Positions 38,301 to 47,156 of a stretch of DNA of 64,000 nucleotides are shown one piece after another (position 1 is the stretch's first letter; each line of letters begins with the position of its first letter). Under the pieces are notes generated by a model, which was not told the origin of the DNA, made no database searches, and was given only the letters and a program-made list of their open reading frames with translations. Source of the DNA: Phaeosaccion multiseriatum (lineage: Eukaryota; Protista; Ochrophyta, other classes). The DNA is taken from NCBI GenBank assembly GCA_965112735.1, contig OZ218959.1, positions 1,116,001 to 1,180,000 on the forward strand. The letters are read 5' to 3'. The translations under genes were made by a program, and so were the position numbers.

Positions 38301-38740
38301 CGGACTTCGCCAACGTCAACTCCGATACCACGTCCACGTCTTGCGACGGCGAGGACGGTGGAGAGCCTGTTGGAGACGACAATCGCGACGGGGGCGGAGG
38401 AGATAGCGGTGATGAAGATGGCGAGGACGGTGGAGAGCCTGTTGGAGACGACAGTCCCGATGGTGGGGGCGGAGGAGGTAGCGGTGATGAAGATGGCGAG
38501 GACAGTGGAGACCCCGTTGGAGGCGACAGTCCCGATGGTGGAGGAGATGGAGGCGATGTAGATGGCGAGGACGGTGGAGACCCCGTTGGAGGCGACAGTC
38601 GCGACGGGGGCGATGTTGATGTAGGGACCCAAGAAGACGGGGCTGGCATGAGGGCCCCCCGCGGCGCCTTTGCCGTGCTAGTGGCGGTAGCAGCAAGCCT
38701 GCTGCTGCTGTGCAATGGTGGTGCTTCTCTCTCGGTGTGA
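32313..38740 (+). CDS. Secreted, probably GPI-anchored Pmp-like beta-helix protein. Exons 32313..32580, 32671..32918, [33107..33109], 33216..33296, [33702..33710], 33892..33969, [34332..34334], 34524..34610, [34819..34821], 35053..35133, 35431..35508, [35771..35773], 35949..36023, [36280..36282], 36481..36561, 37007..37093, [37458..37460], 37706..38740 (brackets = microexons)
   Basis: Signal peptide (GSLLIAVLIGPCAVDG|QE), about 15 GGA...FxxN rungs, an acidic D/G stalk and a C-terminal hydrophobic tail AFAVLVAVAASLLLLCNGGASLSV. Every listed exon is bounded by AG and GT, and all junctions after exon 2 are phase 0. Confidence 0.85.
38346..38625 (+). repeat. Coding repeat, 4 x DGEDGG(E/D)PVG(D/G)D(S/N)xDGG acidic stalk
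   Basis: Four imperfect units of about 70 bp within ORF 37721..38740. Confidence 0.85.
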
Positions 38741-38880
38741 GGCATGACGTAGTAGGTGCTTTTGAGGAGGGAGGTGTTTCGATTTGAATAGGCCAAGTAG
38801 TAGTAGCAGCAGCAGCAGCAGTAGCAGGTCAGGGCGGGTTGCGGGTTGCTGCACGCTTAGAACTCTGGACTAGGGGTAAC

Positions 38881-38999
38881 CGACCCCTGACGCACTATCG
38901 CCTACATTCTCGATAGCGCGCTATCCGATAGCGGATAGCGGATCGGCTGGCGCCGGCGATAGCGGATAGCGCACGCCGGCTGGCGCCGGCTATACAGGG
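38881..38999. mobile_element. Small hairpin/MITE-like element, copy 2 (right end rearranged)
   Basis: Shares CCCCTGAC...ACATTCTCGATAGCGCGCTATC and TGGCGCCGGCGATAGCGGATAG with 5181..5296. Its first 19 bp are the exact reverse complement of 5278..5296. Confidence 0.55.
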
Positions 39000-39269
39000 C
39001 CCGTGAAGTGCCATCTATGGTTGGCACATAAACTGAAAACTGAAAACTGGAAAACCCACTTCCCCCTCCGAGAGGGAAGGGGAGAATAAAAGAGAGCGAG
39101 CGAGCGAGAAAAAGAGAGAGAGAGAGAGACCGAGAGAGAAAGAGAGCGAGAGAGAGAGAAAGAGAGAGACGACACTAGGGAACCACTTGGGTAAACACCT
39201 GGAGGAGGGAGGAGACTGCGTCTTGAGAGTAATGAGCTGAGGGGGGGGGAGGTGACGCGTGGAACAAAC

Positions 39270-41000
39270 ATGTCGGGCGGCTTTAACGCCAAGAACCCGG
39301 CCATCAAGCGCATTCATGCCGACGTGCGCGAGCTTCATATCGATCCCAGCGACCAGTACTCGGCTGCGCCTTTCGAGGACAACCTGTTTGAGTGGCACTT
39401 CACTATCAGAGGTACGATATAAGAGGAAGGGGAAGTTTTTTTTCTCTTTTGCAAGCTGCCCGCCCCCCCGGTCTGGCTAAAGGTACCCCTCCCCCCAACC
39501 TTTCACTCTCTCTCCGTGTCCCCATCCTTGCTCGTCCCGCAACCCTCTCCTCCAGGACCCCCCGCCACCGCTTTTGAGGGCGGTGTGTACCACGGTCGCA
39601 TCTTGCTTCCCAGCGACTACCCCTTCAAGCCGCCGCACATCATGTTTCTCACCCCCAATGGCCGCTTTCAGGTGAGAATCGTCTCTTTGTCTCTTATTAC
39701 GGATATTGAAACGCCTTGGGGAGGGGCACAGTTGTGCTGAAAGTCCTGTGCCTCGCCTTGGCCCCCATCTCTCCATCGCTTTCAGGTGGGGAAGAAGATC
39801 TGCCTGAGCATCTCGGCACACCATCCCGAACAGTGGCAGGTGAGCCTCGTGCGTCAAGTAGTAGGGCAGGAGGAAGGCCGCTCCTGTGTTGTCGTCCTGT
39901 GTGGAGGGAAGACGAAAGAAGGCCTGACCAGCCCCCCTCCCGTGCTGTCGTGTCTGTGTCTTTGCTTGGTTTGATTTGCTTTCATGGAACGCCTTTTCTC
40001 CGCATCCACTCCTCTGCACGGCAGCCTGCCTGGGGGCTGCGGCTAATCCTCGAGGCCCTCATCAGTTTCTTCCCAACCGAGGCGGCGGGGGCAATAGGTA
40101 GGTCGTCCCGTCATGTTGGATTAACTTGGCCTCACGCCTGTGACAGTTACACTCCACGAAAGTACGAGTGCGGCGTCATCATCCTTTCCCCTGTCTCCAC
40201 AGACCATCTCTCGCCTTTCTCTCCCACAGCAGGAGCTCAACCCATCACTGCCCCTGTCACCTTCGCGGAACCACGGAACCACGGCACCAGAACCTCCGCT
40301 GCCTGTTCTCTTCTGTTTTCTCTGCCCCTCCCAAACCTACCCTTCGCCGGAATGTACCAACGCTTTCGTCTGCGACCCTACTGCTCTATCTGTGCCTCCC
40401 ATCCCCCCCAGGTGGTTTGGATTGGACCAAGGAGGAGAGGGAGCGATTAGCGCGTTTGTCGCACAAGTGGAAGTGCCCCCGCTGCGGCTTGGCCTCAGCC
40501 TTGCTCCCGGAGGAGAAGAAGAAGACCGCTACAGGGGATGACGAGGAAGGGGAGCAGAAGGAAGGGGCTGGGCCTGGGGTATCACCATCAGGAGCAGGAG
40601 CAGCAGGAGGGACGGGCGTCTCTGCCAGGAACAAATACGCCGAGCAGCTGAAGGGGTTGCACTTGCACCGGCTGAGCAGCGGGGATCAGGCCAATGCAGC
40701 GGCGGCTGCTGCCAAGGCCAATGCTGCTGCGGAGAGTGGGGCGCAGAGCGGTGATGCCGGCGGAGCACAACCACCAGCAGTTGGTGGTACAGCACCTGTA
40801 GTTGGTGGTACGGCAGCAACAGCAGCGACAACGGATGGGGCACGGGAACGTGGAAGTGGAGGGGGAGAAGGAGCTCAAACCCGCCCAGCATTAGAGTCTG
40901 CAAGGGCAAGTGACGGACCACAGCCGACAGAGTCTGTCGATGATGAGGGAGTGAGCAGACGAAGGAACGCGCACGGACGGACTCCGGAGCAGGTGGTGGT

Positions 41001-41049
<49 letters not shown>

Positions 41050-41208
41050 CAGCGGCGGAGGCAGCAGGAGCAGGAGGAACGGCAGCGGCAGCAAGAGCAG
41101 CAGCAGGAGGAGCCAGACGTGCTCATGTATGTCGCCATTGCCATTGTCTTGGCCATTGCGGCCGTTCTTTGGAGAAAAGTCACCAGGAGCAGCGATTTTG
41201 ACGTTTGA
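39270..41208 (+). CDS. UBE2J1: ER tail-anchored ubiquitin-conjugating enzyme E2 (Ubc6/UBE2J1 type); join(39270..39411, 39556..39671, 39786..39839, 40025..40097, 40412..41208)
   Basis: NPAIKRI...DNLFEWHFTIRGP...FEGGVYHGRILLPSDYPFKPP...TPNGRF...KICLSIS.HHPEQWQPAW...GAIGGLD matches the E2-J signature with the catalytic Cys. C-terminal TM helix VLMYVAIAIVLAIAAVLW. Confidence 0.93.
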
Positions 41209-41430
41209 CACTGGGGGCGCTCAGTGTCAGTTTCTCTGTATTCGGCCGGCATTGACGCCCTCGAGGGAGAGCGACTAGAGGAGAGCGAGGAGGGAAGAGA
41301 CAGGGAGAGGGGCCCTGGACAAAACACGGCCCTTCAAAGCCGCAAGTGTGTCTTCTCCTCCCCCCCGTACGTGTATATACTCTAACCCCATCTTCTCTCT
41401 GGTTCGTGTGCTTGATGAAGATTAATTAAT

Positions 41431-43664
41431 TCATGTTTCACATTGTCTTTTCGGCTTTGTCCATCTCTTTTTGTCGAGATTGTATACCAAGCCTCGTGCG
41501 AATTGCTCGGCTAGCGTGGATGCCTTGCCTTTGTAGGGCGGGCAGCAGGCCACGTACTCTGCCTCGGTGAGCAAGATGCGATCCATATTACTAGTACGGC
41601 TGCTGCTGTCGCTGCTGCCGCTGCTGCTCTCCTTCCTACTCCTACTGCTGCCGGCATTAGAGCCCCCCTCTTCATCTCTAGGCAACGGCGACAGGGCTGC
41701 GGAAGGCTCGTCCCCGGCAGATGTAGACACGATGCGTGACGGCGGGCTTGGGGGAGCGCCGAAACCTGTGGCCCAATTCTGGAAAGACAGCCCTCCGCCG
41801 CTGCTGCTGCTCAGCCCCCCCAAGGCCTCCTCGGCTCTCGGAGCAGCACCATTGCGGGCCTCGCCGTGACCAGTGCCAGTGCCACCAGTGCCGCTGTCGT
41901 TGCCGTTGTCGTTGTCATTGCCTTGTGCCCTCTCCTCCACAACCCATGTGCCGTCCGAGACGCCACCATCGTCGAGATTAGACGTTAATGCTGCTGCTGC
42001 TGCTGCTGCAGCTGCTCCTCTCTCTGCCTGCTTCGTCTGTTCGGCCTTTCCCTGCTGCACCTGCTTCTTGCTCCTCTCCTCCTTCTCCTCCTTTCCCTGC
42101 TGCACCTGCTGCTTGATGTGCGTCTGCGAGGTGGGAGCGTTGGTTCTTTGAGGAGCGTGCTTGTCCACAATTCCCTTCAGGATCAGCTTCAGAGCATTCG
42201 ACTTTACTTTTGAGCCCCCCCTTTCTCTCCCTCCTCCTGCTGCTGCTGTCTCCGATCTCGCCCCAGTCTGTTTTCCCTCTCCTTTGCCAAAAGGTGCTGC
42301 CGTCACCACCTCTGTGGATGACATCATCTCCTCCTCCTCCTCCTCCTCCTCCTCCTCCTCCTCCTCCTCCTCCTCCTCCTCCTCTTCCTCCTCCCCCTGC
42401 TCCTCCTCCTGTCCTATCGTAAGTGGCCGCCTTCGGATCCCTACCCCCTCTCTCAGAGCCTCGGCGTTTCTCCGCCTGGCCGACAGGACAAGGGTTTGGT
42501 TGGCGGCGGCTGGTACCGTGTGGCGGGCCCAATGCTCTCTGCCTTCGGTGGCAATGATGGAGCGACGCAGGCCCTGGAAAACCTGGATGAGGTCCACCAC
42601 TTCCGACGAGGCAGAGATAAGCTTTGAGGCAAAGAAACAAGAGTAGATGTGTAAAGGTATGAGGAGGAGGGGGTGAGAGAAGGGTCAGGGAGCGGCGAGG
42701 ATGGGGGGGGGGGGGGGTTGCACGGAATCATCCAGCTCCTCCTAATTCTCGAAATGAGTACCTTTGCATCGAGCTCTGCAGGCTCAGAGGCCCAGCCCGA
42801 AGCTGCCGTCCTGCCTCCTCCTCTCTGTACATAGGTTGCCTTCAGCTTGGCAAGATCACGCTCGGGCCTGAGCTGCTTCTGCTTCTGCTGCGTCTCCTTG
42901 CCGTTGGACCTCGCCCCACCACCGCGCAATGCCTTCTCTTCGGCGGCTTTAACGCGCAGTTCCAGATCTAACTCTGCGATGTCCACCACCCCCCGCACTT
43001 CTTGCAGCCCTACCAAGCCGGGGTGGGCACGCAGGAGAGCGCTCAGGTCGGAGCGCAGGTTGAGGCCGACTTTGGTCACGCTTGGGTCTTTCAGGAGCCC
43101 ACTCACGGTCTGGCCAACCAGCAGTTGGTGGTCCTCAGCGAACTGGCCCAGATCCACTATGTACGCTCGGGCCTTCCTCACCATGGAGCCGCGTCCGGCC
43201 ATCTGATACAACAAGATACGGGAGGTGAGGTTCGCGTGGCGGTAGCAGCAGTTAGCAGCAGGAGTTCAGGAAAGGGAGAAAGTCAGAGCAGGTGGCAGTT
43301 GGGCGGGCGTGGGTTGTGCGACTCGGCTCACCTGCAAAATCATCGCCTTGGAACCGTCGGGCCCCAGCAACTCGCTGGCCTTCACAGCTACAACATGGCA
43401 CTTCCTCAAGGATTGCACCATCTCTCTCAAGAGCTGCGTATGGTTTACGATCATTGTCGCACCAGCAGCAGCACCAGGGTCCCTGAATGGCTTGGGGGCC
43501 TCGTGTATTCCCCATGACGGTGGGTTATGCACTGACGGGAGGTGCTCACTCTGGGCTGTGGAGGACAAGCGGGAAGAGGCGCAGAGCGCGCTGTGGCCAC
43601 CGCTGCTCCACCCCGAAGGCGCACCCCTTAGCAGCAGCCTGCGTCCTCCGTTCCGCAATAGCAT
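41431..43664 (-). CDS. 3'-5' exonuclease (DEDDy/EXD-like) fold protein, catalytically degenerate, probably organelle-targeted; join(43664..43332, 43202..42762, 42621..41431)
   Basis: The pattern LQ...AYIVDL...LLKDPSVTKVGLNLRSDLSAL...VVDIAEL...SGWA is typical of the DNA_pol_A_exo1 family. The N-terminus is Arg/Ser/Leu-rich. Confidence 0.65.
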
Positions 43665-43825
43665 GGGGTGGGGGGGGGTGGGGGGGGTGAATCAAGGGTG
43701 TTTACTTCTTTCTTCTTCCTGATTACTAAAAGCCACTAAGTAGAAATTTTCCACAGATTTTTTTTTTTTTAGCGGCCCCAGTCGACCTGTCGAGGAAAGA
43801 GGAGTTTACGTAGGTATATACAATC

Positions 43826-43859
<34 letters not shown>

Positions 43860-43961
43860 ACTCCTACACCACAAAAGGTATTGTGCTTCCCAAGGCTTGT
43901 AGCACCCTCAGTAATTCACGGCCTACCTAAGAACACTACCAAAGAACACACAACAGCGAAC

Positions 43962-45239
43962 ATGGCCGCGATGACGGAGGCGACCCCCACCAGCAAGCCT
44001 AAGGTCGCCCTGGTGACCGGCATCACGGGCCAGGACGGCTCCTACCTCGCAGAGTTACTGCTGGAGAAGGGCTACGTGGTGCACGGCATCATTCGCAGGT
44101 CGTCTTCTTTCAACACGTCGCGCATCGACCACCTGTACCAGGATCGCCACATTAAGGACGCTAAGCTCTTCCTGCATTACGGCGACTTGACCGACTCCAC
44201 CAACCTCGTACACATCATCTACGAGACGCAGCCGGACGAGATCTACAACCTGGGCGCAATGTCCCATGTGAAGGTAAGCGTGGTGCATGAAGAGTTTCGG
44301 AGGGGGGGGTGGAGAGAGAACGTGGAAGGAAGAGGTGAGGGGAGGAAAACACACTGCATTGCTGTACATGCATGCTGTGTAACTCATGTCGAATTGTTTG
44401 TTCTTTCCTGTTGTTGCTCAACCACACTTGCTTTGCTTTTGCTCATGTCAAAGGTGTCCTTTGAGATGTCCGAGTACACCGCTGAGGCTGATGGCGTGGG
44501 CTGCCTGCGCCTGCTCAACGCCATACGCTCCGCGGGCCTGGAGAAGAAGTGCCGCTTCTACCAAGCCTCCACCTCGGAGCTGTACGGAAAGGTGCAGGAG
44601 ATCCCCCAGAAGGAGACCACGCCCTTCTACCCTCGCTCCCCCTACGGAGTGGCCAAGCAGTACGCCTTTTGGATGCTCATCAACTACCGAGAGGCCTACG
44701 GCATGCACCTCACCAACGGCATTCTCTTCAACCACGAGAGCCCCCGCCGCGGCCCAACCTTCGTCACGAGGAAAATCACTCGGGCGGTGGCTCGCATCCA
44801 CCGCGGCCAGCAGGACTGCCTCTTCCTGGGCAACCTCGACGCCAAGCGAGACTGGGGACACGCTCGCGACTATGTCAAGGGCATGTGGCTCATGGTGCAG
44901 AGGGACACGCCGGAGGACTACGTGCTCGCCACGGGAGAGTGCCACGAGGTGCGCGAGTTCGTAGACAAGGCCTTCGCCTACGTGGGCACTACCATCGTGT
45001 GGGAGGGCAAGGGCGTGGACGAGAAGGGCTACAACGCCACCGATGTCGACAAGAAGAATCCTCTCGTGCAGGTGGATGCAGAGTACTTTAGGCCTACGGA
45101 GGTGGAGCTGCTTGTGGGCGACCCTGCCAAGGCCAAGCGCGAGTTGGGGTGGGAGCCCGAGGTGACTTTCCAAGAGCTCGTCAACGATATGATGAAGTCG
45201 GACTTGGAGCTTGTGGACAAGGGCGACAGGCACTCGTAA
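43962..45239 (+). CDS. GMD: GDP-mannose 4,6-dehydratase; join(43962..44273, 44454..45239)
   Basis: [72 protein letters not shown] and [15 protein letters not shown] are all present. One GT-AG intron at 44274..44453. Confidence 0.97.
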   Translation: MAAMTEATPTSKPKVALVTGITGQDGSYLAELLLEKGYVVHGIIRRSSSFNTSRIDHLYQDRHIKDAKLFLHYGDLTDSTNLVHIIYETQPDEIYNLGAMSHVKVSVVHEEFRRGGWRENVEGRGEGRKTHCIAVHACCVTHVELFVLSCCCSTTLALLLLMSKVSFEMSEYTAEADGVGCLRLLNAIRSAGLEKKCRFYQASTSELYGKVQEIPQKETTPFYPRSPYGVAKQYAFWMLINYREAYGMHLTNGILFNHESPRRGPTFVTRKITRAVARIHRGQQDCLFLGNLDAKRDWGHARDYVKGMWLMVQRDTPEDYVLATGECHEVREFVDKAFAYVGTTIVWEGKGVDEKGYNATDVDKKNPLVQVDAEYFRPTEVELLVGDPAKAKRELGWEPEVTFQELVNDMMKSDLELVDKGDRHS

Positions 45240-46084
45240 AGAGAGAGAGAGAGGGGAGAGCCGAGGGGAGGGGGGGGGGGTGGTACGGGGTTGCGAGGGT
45301 GGACGGCGGGGGGGGGGGGGTTGCTGCAAAGAGTAGGTGTCGCACGTGGCTCTTGAGGACATGGGGCGACAACTACTCGTAGAGAGAGAGAAGAGCGGGG
45401 CTGCGGGGGCTAGGCTACTTACTGCAGTTGTGGAGTTGGAGTCGGAGGAGGGGGGGGGGCAGCTTGGGCTGAAAGAAATCAGGAATCACCCCATGTGTGC
45501 CAGGCCACGTGCTGCTGCTGAGGGAGAACTAATTTTCATTGAAGCAATCGAAACAAGAGCTTCTGATCTTCTGTGCGCCTCACTGGGTCATCTCACGGGG
45601 TTGCTCACTCTGCAGAATCTGCCTGAATAGAGCAATTGCGCCTCGCCTCCCCCCACCTCCTCTGGGTTGGGTTGTACGCACGCACGCACACGCTTCGAGC
45701 TCTTCTGGTAGGTGCCGTAAGGTGCCATACTGTGGGGGGGTTATGGAATGGACGGCTGTGGAGAGGTGTCGTATATGTATGGATTGGGCGCTGGAGTGGA
45801 CTGGAGTGGACTGCCTCGTTCGCTCTGGTCACACACACACACAAAGACAGAGAGAGGGAACTCTCGCGGGGTCTCCCCCGTCTGTCCTTTTCCTTTCTCC
45901 CCTCTCCCCGACACATTGCACCCCTCCCCTCTATCGTCTGCCTCCCCCCCCTCCACCTCCACCGATTGACTCCAACGGGCCAATGGGTGCGCCGTCAGAT
46001 CGATAGAGAGCGAACAGAGCAACCACGTGTTGTGTGGCCGTATCTCCCGTGTGGCAGGCAGCGTGGCGTTGGCGCCGCTGCAGC

Positions 46085-46762
46085 GCAGATGTATCATAAA
46101 TTGCTGCTGTGCCCTCAGCTGCAGGTGTATCACCAACTGTTGCTGTGCCCTCAGCTGCAGGTGTATCACCAACTGTTGCTGTGCCCTCAGCTGCAGGTGT
46201 ATCACTAATGCTGCTGTGCCCTCAGCTGCAGATGTATCACCAACTGTTGCTGTGCCCTCAGCTGCAGGTGTATCACTAATGCTGCTGTGTGCTCTCAGCT
46301 GCAGGTGTATCACCAACTGTTGCTGTGCCCTCAGCTGCAGGTGTATCACTAATGCTGCTGTGCTCTCAGCTGCAGGTGTATCACCAACTGTTGCTGTGCC
46401 CTCAGCTGCAGGTGTATCACTAACTGCTGCTGTGCCCTCAGCTGCACATGTATCACCAACTGTTGCTGTGCCCTCAGCTGCAGGTGTATCACTAATGCTG
46501 CTGTGCTCTCAGCTGCAGGTGTATCACCAACTGTTGCTGTGCCCTCAGCTGCAGGTGTATCACTAATGCTGCTGTGTGCTCTCAGCTGCAGGTGTATCAC
46601 CAACTGTTGCTGTGCCCTCAGCTGCAGGTGTATCACCAACTGTTGCTGTGCCCTCAGCTGCAGGTGTATCACCAACTGTTGCTGTGCTCTCAGCTGCAGG
46701 TGTGTCACCAACTGCTGCTGTGCCCTCAGCTGCACATGTATCACTAACTGCTGCTGTGCGCT
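46085..46762. repeat. Minisatellite, about 18-19 units of 35-37 bp (GTATCACCAACTGTTGCTGTGCCCTCAGCTGCAGGT)
   Basis: Head-to-tail units without spacers, including 35- and 37-bp variants (GTATCACTAATGCTGCTGTG...). Lies between the convergent GMD and glycosyltransferase genes. Confidence 0.95.
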
Positions 46763-46844
46763 CAGGCACGGCAAAGCAGGGTTTTGCGTGCCTGTGTGCG
46801 TGCGTGCGTGAGTGAGTGAGAGGCTCGGTTGGGGCAAGGCTCTG

Positions 46845-47005
46845 CCTCTCTGTAACAGCCGCCTCTCCCCTTGTGTACAGCTGCCTCTCCCTTTCTGTAA
46901 CAGCTGCTTCTCCCTTTCTGTAACAGCTGCCTCTCCCTTTCTGTAACAGCCGTCTCTCCCTTTCTCAGCTGCCTCTCCCCTTCTGTAACAGCTGCCTCTC
47001 CCCTT
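46845..47005. repeat. Second minisatellite, about 7-8 units of about 23 bp (CTCTCCCTTTCTGTAACAGCTGC)
   Basis: Directly visible tandem units. Confidence 0.85.
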
Positions 47006-47156
47006 TTCCGCCATCACCCCCCTCGACAAGGAAGGATGACTCCGTCGGTCGGTCTCTCTGTCTCCCCTCTGACAAGTGAGCACGACTTTTGTCTCTCGAC
47101 TGGGGCTTGCGTGGTGCTTTCCTTTCTCAACTAGACCTCTCTTGCCCTGCTCCCCA

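Noticed and set aside
32313-38740. Bacterial contamination or a recent Chlamydia Pmp autotransporter transfer
   Set aside because: The gene has many spliceosomal introns, no autotransporter beta-barrel, and eukaryotic neighbours.
44448-45362. 304-aa antisense ORF over GMD (likewise 37805..38796 and 63102..63995)
   Set aside because: These are shadow ORFs caused by GC-rich codon usage of the sense gene, with no recognisable domain.
46085-46762. CRISPR-like array (36-bp repeats)
   Set aside because: Units are contiguous with no unique spacers, there are no cas genes, and the context is eukaryotic. It is a minisatellite.
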